Below, one piece after another: positions 8,253 to 16,639 of a stretch of 64,000 bases of DNA (positions are counted from its first letter, which is position 1; the number at the start of each line of letters is the position of its first letter). Source of the DNA: a virus; the IMG/VR virus record IMGVR_UViG_3300011115_000716, positions 1 to 64,000 of that record. One strand, 5' to 3'. The notes beneath the pieces are model-generated. The model had not been told where the DNA came from. It saw only the letters and a list, made by a program, of their open reading frames with translations, and made no database searches. The translations under genes and the position numbers were made by a program.

Positions 8253-8402
8253 CTAACTGACGGCATACCAAGTGTTTATAACAATTGGGATACAACTGCC
8301 AAACACTAGGCGAGCAACTACACCCGAAACGGGCGTGTTGTTGTTGCCGACAATTAGATACTAACTGACGCCAGCCGAACCGATTATAACAAAAGGGATA
8401 CA
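8253..8402 (-). promoter_or_regulatory. Duplicated 42-bp element, probable tandem leftward promoters
   Basis: CTAACTGACG-N13-TTATAACAA-N2-GGGATACA at 8253-8294 and 8361-8402; the minus strand reads TGT-TATAA(A/T), an extended -10. Confidence 0.6.
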
Positions 8403-8476
8403 TTTATTTACATTTCAGGGAACTAATGCCCAGGTCAGACACGCCGTTGAGGCCACTAGATGTCAGGCAGTAGCCT

Positions 8477-8492
8477 AGTTTCACGTGAAACT
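8477..8492. promoter_or_regulatory. parS: parS centromere-like site
   Basis: AGTTTCACGTGAAACT perfect palindrome; core GTTTCACGTGAAAC is the actinobacterial chromosomal parS consensus; intergenic. Confidence 0.8.
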
Positions 8493-8496
8493 TATG

Positions 8497-8511
8497 CTTA
8501 AAACGCCCCTG
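8497..8511 (+). promoter_or_regulatory. Repeated upstream motif CTTAAAACGCCCCTG, copy 1
   Basis: Identical 15-mer at 9210-9224; both precede an (C/G)ATACT box and an ATG. Confidence 0.55.
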
Positions 8512-8531
8512 CAGTATGGCATACTGGATGA

Positions 8532-8822
8532 ATGAGTGAAGAACGCGGTAAAATACCATGTCCTGGTTGTGGGGGGTATCTTCGCCTAAATAATGACACC
8601 CTAAGGTTTGCTCATGAAGGACCTCATGACCCAGATTGTAATTTTAAATCTGTTGAGCCTATAAACTTTCAAGTTATTACTGCTTATAAAAGGGGTATGT
8701 GGAGGTTTACTCCTGACGGTAAAGTAGAAAGAACACCGACTCCACCTATTAGTGGAGAACAGTTTGGTAATTCAGATAATGTCATTAACGTAGATTTTAA
8801 GAACAAAAAGCGTATAGAATAA
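8532..8822 (+). CDS. hypothetical protein with CxxC..H..H..C zinc motif
   Basis: CPGCGG...FAHEGPHDPDC. Confidence 0.7.
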   Translation: MSEERGKIPCPGCGGYLRLNNDTLRFAHEGPHDPDCNFKSVEPINFQVITAYKRGMWRFTPDGKVERTPTPPISGEQFGNSDNVINVDFKNKKRIE

Positions 8823-8841
8823 TATAAACAAAGGATTTATT

Positions 8842-9201
8842 ATGAAGCCACCTAAGAGTAGATACTCTCCAAAGCCACCAAAAGAGACTGTACTAGACAA
8901 AGTAAAAAAAGTTTCTAAAAACACTGTCGTTGGTGGAGCTCTAGGAGCTGCTGCAAGTATGGCTAAAGACAGACTTGCCGGTGAACCAAGCAGGCTTGAG
9001 ATTAAAGACAGAATTGGCGAAGACCCACTGGGCCTAGGCAATGGCCACATTTACTCTGGTGAAATAATCCCAGGAACAGGTGTTTACCCAGAACAAATGA
9101 TGCAAAATGCTGCTGACTGGGGGTTTAAGGCTGCGGCAGGTGTAGCGATTGTTAGCGGTCTTCACCATGCTCTCGGCAAGCAGTGGCGCAAAGGTAAGTA
9201 A
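8842..9201 (+). CDS. hypothetical protein
   Basis: 119 aa ORF, SD AAGGA. Confidence 0.7.
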   Translation: MKPPKSRYSPKPPKETVLDKVKKVSKNTVVGGALGAAASMAKDRLAGEPSRLEIKDRIGEDPLGLGNGHIYSGEIIPGTGVYPEQMMQNAADWGFKAAAGVAIVSGLHHALGKQWRKGK

Positions 9202-9209
9202 AACCTAAA

Positions 9210-9224
9210 CTTAAAACGCCCCTG
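9210..9224 (+). promoter_or_regulatory. Repeated upstream motif CTTAAAACGCCCCTG, copy 2
   Basis: Identical to 8497-8511. Confidence 0.55.
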
Positions 9225-9238
9225 TAAAGGATACTTGT

Positions 9239-10435
9239 ATGGCAAAAAAGCCAGAGGCAGACCCTAACGCGTTACTTTGCGTTACTTGTGATAAACAAGT
9301 AGAGAAGAACGACGTAGGCGAATTAGTCCACAAAAACCAAAACGTAAAAGACCATGAGGTCATTAAAGCTATTAAGTTTAGCGACTGGGCTGATAAACTC
9401 AATAAACTTCGTGGAATTAAGCCAGCAGAGCCTGTTAAAAAGGGTAAAAAGGGTGCAAAAGCTCCTACAGAAAAGAAATCTGACGCAAAACCAGGTCCTA
9501 AGCCTGCTGAATCAGAGAAAATCAAGCCAAAGTCCTTAGCACAGCGTAACAGACGCTATAAAAGAGCTGATATCGGTGTTGAAGGCTGGACTAAAGAGCA
9601 AAACGACAAAAAAGCAGCTATAGAAGCTAAAAAAGCTGAAGCAGAACGCACTCTTCCAGACCTTTATTACCACCGTATTAAAGGATTGCACTACCCAAAT
9701 GCTAATAGCATGACTCCAGTCATCAATCCGGCTACTAAAGAGATTGTTGTCCCTAAGACAGGGGCAATTACGGGTAAGTTTTCTGGAGTAATTCCTACAG
9801 ATACCTCAAAACCTAGCGAGGTTGCCGGTCAAGAGCACGTAGATACACATCCAGAACATGCCTGGGAGACTGCTGTAGACATCCGTAGCATTGAAAAGAC
9901 AGGGCAAGCGACCCCTCTAATTGGTCCTGGACCAGATGAAGGGTCTAACCGTAGCGGTCCGAGTCACGCATTCTTTGGTCAGATGGCCGATTGGGCTCGT
10001 GAGCACAAAAAACTCTTTGACCAAGCAGATAGGTATGAATACACATTAGCAAAACCTAGTCTAACCCTAACAACTGGTGTTAAGAACAGAGTGTTTACTC
10101 AACAAGACGCAATACAAAATCCAAACGCATGGATAGTAAAACGTCGTCTAAAGTTTTGTGCAGACTGTGCACCAACAGTACTAAACCCTGGAACAGGAAA
10201 AAGAGTAAGAAACCGTGCTCAATCTGTAACAAGACCTGCTCCACTAGAACTTCCTTCTGTAACATCATTACGTCAAGGAGGAAAAGACGATACTGTAATA
10301 GCTCAAAGAGGTAATTTAGGTTTAGTAAACAAAGATAAGCCAGGTCCAATTCCTGCAAGCATAGCCCCACGAGCACCAAGGACAGAGGGCTTTGAGGCAG
10401 GCAAAAGCGAAGCTACAGGGGCGCCCAAGGTTTAA
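9239..10435 (+). CDS. hypothetical Lys/Pro-rich protein
   Basis: 398 aa ORF, CxxC..H..H near the N terminus. Confidence 0.75.
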   Translation: MAKKPEADPNALLCVTCDKQVEKNDVGELVHKNQNVKDHEVIKAIKFSDWADKLNKLRGIKPAEPVKKGKKGAKAPTEKKSDAKPGPKPAESEKIKPKSLAQRNRRYKRADIGVEGWTKEQNDKKAAIEAKKAEAERTLPDLYYHRIKGLHYPNANSMTPVINPATKEIVVPKTGAITGKFSGVIPTDTSKPSEVAGQEHVDTHPEHAWETAVDIRSIEKTGQATPLIGPGPDEGSNRSGPSHAFFGQMADWAREHKKLFDQADRYEYTLAKPSLTLTTGVKNRVFTQQDAIQNPNAWIVKRRLKFCADCAPTVLNPGTGKRVRNRAQSVTRPAPLELPSVTSLRQGGKDDTVIAQRGNLGLVNKDKPGPIPASIAPRAPRTEGFEAGKSEATGAPKV

Positions 10436-10478
10436 AAATCGTTAGGGCCGAAAAAAAGCCCGTCGTTGTGAGGATATT

Positions 10479-10796
10479 ATGGCTAGAAATACAGGTGACT
10501 TCCACCAGTATAAGTTCCAGTACTCCCCTGGATTGAGGGGAGAAGTTAACCACATAGTTACTGCTACTCATCCAGATAGCTCTGACCTTGTAGGTTATAT
10601 GGAATGGACAAAAGATACTGGAGAGACCAGGCATATTGAGGTAGATAAAGAACACCAACGCAAGGGCGTTGCCACAGGCATGTGGAACTTTGCAAAGAAT
10701 GTTGCAGCAAATAGCGAAGGCAAAATTAGACGTCCACAGCACAGCCGTGTTCAGACAAAGTCTGGTAAAGCATGGGTTAAAAAGGTTGGTAAGTAA
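10479..10796 (+). CDS. GNAT-family acetyltransferase
   Basis: Motif A IEVDKEHQRKGVATGMW; C-terminal T..GKAW. Confidence 0.75.
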   Translation: MARNTGDFHQYKFQYSPGLRGEVNHIVTATHPDSSDLVGYMEWTKDTGETRHIEVDKEHQRKGVATGMWNFAKNVAANSEGKIRRPQHSRVQTKSGKAWVKKVGK

Positions 10797-10993
10797 TGGC
10801 TAAAAACAGAGAGTACTGGGCTCGTAAAGAGCACTTTGAACGAACTGGTTCATGGCCAGAAACTCCAAAACAACGTGCGGCTAGAGAAGAGGGCCCTACA
10901 GAGGCCGCTCACCCGGTAGTTTCTTCTGCACAGCTGGACCAGGTCTCCAAAGTAGTAGAAGCATGGCACAAAGCAAACCCAGGATTTAGATAA
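10796..10993 (+). CDS. hypothetical protein
   Basis: 65 aa, TAATG coupling. Confidence 0.6.
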   Translation: MAKNREYWARKEHFERTGSWPETPKQRAAREEGPTEAAHPVVSSAQLDQVSKVVEAWHKANPGFR

Positions 10994-11002
10994 TAGTTAA
11001 AC

Positions 11003-11031
11003 TTGACAAGTAGTCATTAAATATATAATAT
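11003..11031 (+). promoter_or_regulatory. sigma70-type promoter for hsp20
   Basis: TTGACA-17-TAATAT (overlapping TATAAT). Confidence 0.65.
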
Positions 11032-11129
11032 AAATATAGATACGCCAATTGGGTATCGTAAACAATAGTCCGCCTTATGGGGACCACTCGCCAGATGGCG
11101 GACGCTTATCTACGTCTAAGGAGTAGAAA

Positions 11130-11651
11130 ATGCACATAGAACCATATCCACACGACCCGTGGGATAAACACAAAAAACCAAACCCATATGACCCATGGGA
11201 TAAACACGACAAGTGGCAAAAGCCAGTGCCCCCAAAGCCTGCGACAATTGCTGACTTGTTCCCCCGCCTAGACCGCCTTTCAATTGGCTGGTCTCCTATC
11301 CTTGACCAACTCAAGGAAATCACTGATACCAAACCAAGTTACCCTCCATACGACATTGTGTCGTTGAAGGATGACGTAAACCTACTCAACGTGGCCGTAG
11401 CAGGCTTCACACGGGACGAAATCACCGTAACCGTGCAGGAGTCCGTTTTAACCATTGAAGGCCGTCAGAGCGACAAACAGCGTGGTGAGGTAGTATACCA
11501 AGGTATTGCTACTCGTGACTTCAAACTAAACCTTGCTGTTGCTGAGTTCTGGGAAGTTACAGATGCCAAGCTTGAGAACGGTATGTTAACTATTCAATTC
11601 AACAGGGAACTTCCTGAAGAAAAAAAGCCGAAAGTCATTGACATCAACTAA
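11130..11651 (+). CDS. hsp20: Small heat shock protein (Hsp20/IbpA family)
   Basis: SYPPYDI, VAVAGF, YQGIATRDF, AKLENGMLTI, PEEKKPKVIDI. Confidence 0.93.
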   Translation: MHIEPYPHDPWDKHKKPNPYDPWDKHDKWQKPVPPKPATIADLFPRLDRLSIGWSPILDQLKEITDTKPSYPPYDIVSLKDDVNLLNVAVAGFTRDEITVTVQESVLTIEGRQSDKQRGEVVYQGIATRDFKLNLAVAEFWEVTDAKLENGMLTIQFNRELPEEKKPKVIDIN

Positions 11652-11667
11652 TCTTGGTGTAGACTAG

Positions 11668-11700
11668 TAACCTGGGGAAGTCAAGGCTTCCCCAGGTTTA
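11668..11700 (+). terminator. hairpin after hsp20
   Basis: AACCTGGGGAAG-TCAAGG-CTTCCCCAGGTT. Confidence 0.55.
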
Positions 11701-11715
11701 GCATAGGAGAATAAA

Positions 11716-11823
11716 ATGGCAAAGCCAAAAGGTAACCGTAACGACAATCGCCCAAATGGTAAGGCTTCTAAAAAGTCCCCAAAGGTATTTGATGCAATTA
11801 AGCGTAAGCTAGTTAAGGCCTAA
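11716..11823 (+). CDS. 35-aa basic peptide
   Basis: SD AGGAG; MAKPKGNRNDNRPNGKASKKSPKVFDAIKRKLVKA. Confidence 0.6.
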   Translation: MAKPKGNRNDNRPNGKASKKSPKVFDAIKRKLVKA

Positions 11824-11824
11824 G

Positions 11825-11998
11825 ATGCCTACCTATCAATACAAGTGTGAAACTTGTGAATCTACTGTTAGTCACGTAATGACTGTATCTGAAGAACGTA
11901 AAATGCCTGAATGCTTACCTTGTAAGAAAGATATGGTCAGAGTATTTTCTGCGCCTTCACTGACCTTTAAAGGTTCGGGATGGGGGTCTGACAGATGA
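11825..11998 (+). CDS. FmdB-family zinc-ribbon protein
   Basis: Hand translation MPTYQYKCETC...PECLPC...RVFSAPSLTFKGSGW. Confidence 0.85.
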   Translation: MPTYQYKCETCESTVSHVMTVSEERKMPECLPCKKDMVRVFSAPSLTFKGSGWGSDR

Positions 11999-12330
11999 TT
12001 CCTTCAACAATTAAGATAGGTACCCAAGTTTGGACTATCGTAGAGCACACGTCTAAAGAAGATGGGATGCTTTATGAAGATAACTATGGGTACACTCTAG
12101 AACGTCGTAACATGATTGTTCTTGATAAAGATGCTTCTGATACCCGTAAGAAACAAGTACTGATGCATGAAATACTACACGCTATTCGTTTTACTTTCTT
12201 TACTGGAAGTAAAATGAACCCTAAGCTAAACTTTGAAGATACAGAGCACTATTTCATTGGTATGTATGAAGAAACGTTACTTATGGTGTTTAAAGACAAC
12301 CCACAGCTTTTAGAGTACTTAATTAGTTAG
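11995..12330 (+). CDS. HExxH metallopeptidase-like protein
   Basis: QVLMHEILHAI plus downstream E. Confidence 0.75.
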   Translation: MIPSTIKIGTQVWTIVEHTSKEDGMLYEDNYGYTLERRNMIVLDKDASDTRKKQVLMHEILHAIRFTFFTGSKMNPKLNFEDTEHYFIGMYEETLLMVFKDNPQLLEYLIS

Positions 12331-12333
12331 TAG

Positions 12334-12362
12334 TTGCCCAACACAAACATCTATGCTAAGGT
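12334..12362 (+). promoter_or_regulatory. putative promoter for the NlpC/P60 gene
   Basis: TTGCCC-17-TAAGGT with TGn extension. Confidence 0.5.
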
Positions 12363-12444
12363 CTTACCTATAACTTAATAGAGAATGTCACTTAGACAAT
12401 AAACGACCCCAGTACTAACTACCCAGGAAAGGTAAGGTCGCCAA

Positions 12445-12972
12445 ATGAAAAAGTACGTAATAATAGCCAGCATAATTTTAACATTAGCTGGTTGTTCTGC
12501 ATCAGCATCACTTGCTGTTTCACAGGACACATCCGTAACAAAGCAACATCAAATAAAACAACCAACTTTAATTGAGATAGGTAAAGCACACCGCAATACC
12601 ACTCAAATGAAAAAGGTTATCAAGTACCTAGAAACTCGTGTAGGAAAAACTTCTTATGTGTTTTCAGGTGCCAGTCCCCGTGGATGGGACTGTTCAGGTC
12701 TAGTTCGTTGGACTTATGAACGATTCGGTATTGAACTACCACATTCAGCAAATAAACAAGGTCATCTAGGTAAACGTGTTCACACACCTAAACTGGGAGA
12801 TATTGTGGTGTTTGCCTATAATGATTCTACTAATTTCTATCATGCCGCTATTTATATTGGCAATGGCAAAATAATTAATGCACACTATGGAGCACATTCT
12901 ACAATCATTCAACCCCTTACCGATTACAAAAATAATCAAATAAGGTTTGTGAGAGTAGTCAAAACTCTATAG
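12445..12972 (+). CDS. NlpC/P60 cell-wall peptidase, predicted lipoprotein
   Basis: Lipobox LAGC; YVFSG..P.GWDCSGLV, GDIVVF, HAAIYIGNGKII. Confidence 0.9.
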   Translation: MKKYVIIASIILTLAGCSASASLAVSQDTSVTKQHQIKQPTLIEIGKAHRNTTQMKKVIKYLETRVGKTSYVFSGASPRGWDCSGLVRWTYERFGIELPHSANKQGHLGKRVHTPKLGDIVVFAYNDSTNFYHAAIYIGNGKIINAHYGAHSTIIQPLTDYKNNQIRFVRVVKTL

Positions 12973-12975
12973 ACA

Positions 12976-13014
12976 AGTAGCCCCATCAGTTTAGGCTGGT
13001 GGGGCTATTTCTTT
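12976..13014 (+). terminator. intrinsic terminator
   Basis: AGTAGCCCCA..TGGGGCTATTTCTTT. Confidence 0.75.
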
Positions 13015-13049
13015 ATGTCATACTTAATATGACTTTAAAGGAGTTACTA

Positions 13050-13316
13050 ATGGCTTTATGTTGCACAAGTGGGGTCCAACTAAAAAACATCGGGCATATG
13101 CATAAGATGCTTGAAGGTGGGTTAACTGATGACACTCGTCCTTATAGCGCGACACCTTATGGAGATAAGACTAAAAAAGCTATGGGTGAAAACAGCTCTT
13201 TTGATGGACGTGGCATTGGTGATAGAAGAGATGATGCAGGCGGAGTAAAACCTGCATCAGAAACAGACTACACAAAGACTACTGTTAAAGCTACTGACCC
13301 TGGATTCTATAACTAA
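13050..13316 (+). CDS. hypothetical protein
   Basis: SD AAGGAG before ATG 13050. Confidence 0.6.
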   Translation: MALCCTSGVQLKNIGHMHKMLEGGLTDDTRPYSATPYGDKTKKAMGENSSFDGRGIGDRRDDAGGVKPASETDYTKTTVKATDPGFYN

Positions 13317-13669
13317 TGATTAACAGAAGAATAGCTCCAGATAGAACTAAGGGAATGTTTGCGGGTATGCTTGCAGAAATTGGTAATTACTTATCTGGGA
13401 ATATTGCTCAGAATAGTAGAGTTACTTATCCTAGTACCCCACAGTATTCAGGAACTGCTGCCATTGATACATTGGGAAAAGATGCTTGGATTAATTTTCC
13501 TGCGAGAGTAACGACTCAAGCAGCAACTTCTAACCCAGCATTGATGGACCCAGGTTCAAACCTAGATGCTGTAAACCAAAACATGTCTCTAGCTCAACGA
13601 GCTGGATTAGATGGAAACATTGCTACTGGTGACCCACAAGGTGTTGGTTATATGGCCAGTGGAATTTAA
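13316..13669 (+). CDS. hypothetical protein
   Basis: 117 aa, TAATG coupling. Confidence 0.65.
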   Translation: MINRRIAPDRTKGMFAGMLAEIGNYLSGNIAQNSRVTYPSTPQYSGTAAIDTLGKDAWINFPARVTTQAATSNPALMDPGSNLDAVNQNMSLAQRAGLDGNIATGDPQGVGYMASGI

Positions 13670-13758
13670 AAAAATAAAGTATCCTTATATAGAAAACACA
13701 ATCTCCTCACTAATTTGTTTACAAGTTGTAGCAATTTAATATTAGTTAGAGGTCCTAA

Positions 13759-14022
13759 ATGAAACTTACTGGAAATGTCCTTCTTAGAATTTTGGCGACG
13801 TTTGTCGCGTCCGCACTTGGCGTTATCGGTGCTGGTTCCCTTGGTGGTGTGGCTCCCGCTACTGCTGCCCTTGTTGGCGGTATTTTGGCTGTCGCTAAGG
13901 TAATTGAACGTTTGTCTCTTGCTTTCCTAGAGGATGGCAAACTATCTAACGCTGAAATCAATGCTGCCTTCCAGCAGTCTCTTCAGCTAAAGAATGTAAA
14001 AGAAGAAGAGCCAAAGAAGTAA
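13759..14022 (+). CDS. holin-like membrane protein
   Basis: Two hydrophobic helices, charged C terminus, near the M23 peptidase. Confidence 0.55.
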   Translation: MKLTGNVLLRILATFVASALGVIGAGSLGGVAPATAALVGGILAVAKVIERLSLAFLEDGKLSNAEINAAFQQSLQLKNVKEEEPKK

Positions 14023-15767
14023 TGCGGCTGTTGCGTATACTCGCAACGCTATCCGTAACACTACTTTTAGCTCTTACCCCTTTACTATTCCCAGCATCAG
14101 CGTATGCCCAAACACTTAATGAAGCAGAGTCTGCTCTTTCATCTGGAAAGCAAGAGTTAATTGATGCTACCCAAAATAGGAAACTAGCGGACCAAACAGT
14201 ATCCTCAACATTAACAAACTTGCAGTCTTCTAATACAGATGTTGAAACTGCACAAAATAATTACGATAAAAACCTAATCTCAGACCCAACTTGGGTTAAC
14301 CCAACTCAAGAGGTAGAGCACACTCGCTTAGTGCCTAAAACTGAATTAGTTTCTAAAACTACCCCTGTATCTCACATTGAAACAATTACACATACAAATA
14401 TGGTAGAAGTTCTAACCAGTATCCCCCACACAACCATTGTTGAACACACTACTACAACAGTAGTTCCTGGTGGGTTAGTAGCTAAGTCCTATAACCGTCA
14501 AGGTTACAATAATGCCCCTCCACTTCCCCTGTCCGAGGAAACTCCTCTAAACACTGAGAATGTTTCAAACATTGACTTTCAGTGGGGTGGAGGACAGGTT
14601 CTTAACTCAGGCAAATCCGAAGATGTACTTGTAGCTTTTGAAGGTAACCTTATGGTGCCAGTTGATGGTTGGTACAAGTTCTATGCTCCTGGTGACGATG
14701 GAATAAAGCTAGATATTGCTGGAATGAAACTTATTGATGACTGGCGAGATAAGGGTGGAGGCGGAACAGTCTCTGAACAGGTTTGGATTAGAGCTGGTAT
14801 TTTTTATCCAACCACTCTTTATTACTATGAAAATGGTGGAGGTGCTTGGGTTCAGCTTTACTATTCAACTCCAGCCTCAGGATTCCAAATAGTTCCAGCT
14901 AGCTGGTTTGGGGAAAAAACAGTAACAGAGACTACTTATGAGGAAGTTGTTACTTGGGAAACTGTAATCACATACGAAGAAGTTGTGACTTACGAAGACA
15001 TCACAGTTTGGGAAGACGTAACTACTTGGGAAGAAGTTACCACCATGGTTGAGGAGGTATACTTTACAGTAGAGTTAGTTCCAAATCAATTTGCCCCTTT
15101 AATAAAAGATGATGCACTTTTAGCAATTGTAAATGAAAAAGTCATTATAAAAAATATTGCACAGCAAAACTACGATGAGGCAGTAGCCACCCAAGCAGTA
15201 GCTGTTTCTAGAGAAGTGGTTGCAATTAAAGCAATTCCTGATTTAGAACAAGCAGTTATTGACGCTACACCGGTTGTTGTTCCACCTGTTGTTGACCCTC
15301 CAGTAGTGCCAGACCCACAGCCAGAACAAGGTTCAAAGGAAATCCCGGTAGTTATTGAAAATCTTATGGATGTTGACCTACAAGCAGTAGACCCTACTGA
15401 ACTTACTGAAGCACAAGCAGAACAACTTGTAGAGGCAGCCCTTGTTGTATTTGAAACAGCAGAAGAAGGCTCACCAGAATATGCTCAAGCGTTGGATGCA
15501 CTTTACCTTGCAGCCGAACAAGACGACATTGTGGTGGATGAAGCACTTGCTAACATTCCTGGTGTTGGTCAAGCCGCTGTTGCTATTGCTAACGTATTGA
15601 ATGCCATTAGTAACGTAGGTGCAGACATTTCCCCTAAAGCTCGTAAGAAGGCTCAAAACCTTGTAGTTACTACCCTAGTTGTTGGGCAGATTGCTCAATC
15701 AGCCGCCCTAGCAGCCGCTTCGGGTGGTTCATCATCTTCTAATAGAATAAACAGGAGAAAAGAATGA
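14022..15767 (+). CDS. Exported PA14-domain protein with repeat stalk and C-terminal hydrophobic segments
   Basis: Signal peptide (AYA), PA14 motifs IDFQWGGG, GDDGIKL, YYENGGGA; 6-residue repeats flank the domain. Confidence 0.8.
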   Translation: MRLLRILATLSVTLLLALTPLLFPASAYAQTLNEAESALSSGKQELIDATQNRKLADQTVSSTLTNLQSSNTDVETAQNNYDKNLISDPTWVNPTQEVEHTRLVPKTELVSKTTPVSHIETITHTNMVEVLTSIPHTTIVEHTTTTVVPGGLVAKSYNRQGYNNAPPLPLSEETPLNTENVSNIDFQWGGGQVLNSGKSEDVLVAFEGNLMVPVDGWYKFYAPGDDGIKLDIAGMKLIDDWRDKGGGGTVSEQVWIRAGIFYPTTLYYYENGGGAWVQLYYSTPASGFQIVPASWFGEKTVTETTYEEVVTWETVITYEEVVTYEDITVWEDVTTWEEVTTMVEEVYFTVELVPNQFAPLIKDDALLAIVNEKVIIKNIAQQNYDEAVATQAVAVSREVVAIKAIPDLEQAVIDATPVVVPPVVDPPVVPDPQPEQGSKEIPVVIENLMDVDLQAVDPTELTEAQAEQLVEAALVVFETAEEGSPEYAQALDALYLAAEQDDIVVDEALANIPGVGQAAVAIANVLNAISNVGADISPKARKKAQNLVVTTLVVGQIAQSAALAAASGGSSSSNRINRRKE

Positions 15768-15952
15768 AAAAAGTAAAGAAATTCCTAGTGGCTTTGCTTA
15801 GAGACCTGCTTGACCAGGCTTGGACCCTTTTAGGTCTAGCTCTTGGTTGGGTTCTTCTTGAAGGCTCTGCTCGTGACATTGTAGGTAAGTTGATTGGTGT
15901 TACCCTTCTTATCTGGATTGTTACTTTCCCACTGCGTAACCGTGACGAATAA
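15764..15952 (+). CDS. small two-TM membrane protein
   Basis: QAWTLLGLALGWVLLEGSAR..IGVTLLIWIVTFPLR. Confidence 0.7.
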   Translation: MKKVKKFLVALLRDLLDQAWTLLGLALGWVLLEGSARDIVGKLIGVTLLIWIVTFPLRNRDE

Positions 15953-15986
15953 GAGATAATAAAACTATCTATCTGAAAGGACAACC

Positions 15987-16445
15987 ATGTCTGAAATTGT
16001 ATATCATGAACCATTTGATAAAAAACTTAGAGGCGATGAACTTGGTAACTTGGCTCCGTACCGTAATGGGCGACCACACCGTGGGCAAGACTGGCACCCT
16101 GCCGAAAAGTCTGCTATTCACGCTATTTGTGACGGTACTGTCGGGCTAGTTGACTGGTCTGATGTTTTAGGTAACTTTATTGTTCACTCTTCAAAAGACG
16201 CTAAACACTGGGTGCTTTATGCTCACTTAGCAAAACCAAGCACTCTTAAAAAGGGTGACAAGGTTGAAGGTGGCAAAACTGTTCTTGGATTAGTTGGTGG
16301 TGGAAAGAACACTCCTTCAGGTTCAGCATCTACTGGTGCACATCTACACATGACTGTTGCAACAATGGGAAAGAACTACCAAGGCGTAGAAGCACACTTG
16401 CTTCCATTTGAGCGTCTAGTAGACCCTCTAACCCTCTTTAAGTAA
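15987..16445 (+). CDS. M23-family peptidase (endolysin candidate)
   Basis: HRGQD (HxxxD), YAHL, STGAHLH (HxH). Confidence 0.9.
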   Translation: MSEIVYHEPFDKKLRGDELGNLAPYRNGRPHRGQDWHPAEKSAIHAICDGTVGLVDWSDVLGNFIVHSSKDAKHWVLYAHLAKPSTLKKGDKVEGGKTVLGLVGGGKNTPSGSASTGAHLHMTVATMGKNYQGVEAHLLPFERLVDPLTLFK

Positions 16446-16446
16446 A

Positions 16447-16638
16447 ATGTTTTCCCGTAAACCCGTGGTACCCAATAATCGCTCTATAAAAACTTTGATG
16501 AGTGAGTTTAAGGCACCCCGGGATTTTGCTAGTAATAGTAGAAACTCCGGAAGGGAGCTTGCTAGCATTAGAAGCTGGGCACGGAGGGGTCGTCAAAATT
16601 CAGAAGGTTTTGGCGGAGGAAGAGTCGTAGGTAAATAA
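16447..16638 (+). CDS. small basic hypothetical protein
   Basis: 63 aa, tightly packed between neighbours. Confidence 0.5.
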   Translation: MFSRKPVVPNNRSIKTLMSEFKAPRDFASNSRNSGRELASIRSWARRGRQNSEGFGGGRVVGK

Positions 16639-16639
16639 T

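Noticed and set aside
8253-8402. Mini-CRISPR array
   Set aside because: Only two gapped copies with variable internal segments; no cas genes; fits promoters better
7979-8403. ORFs 7979-8266 and 8206-8403 (-)
   Set aside because: Atypical composition, no SD, overlap promoter repeats and hairpins
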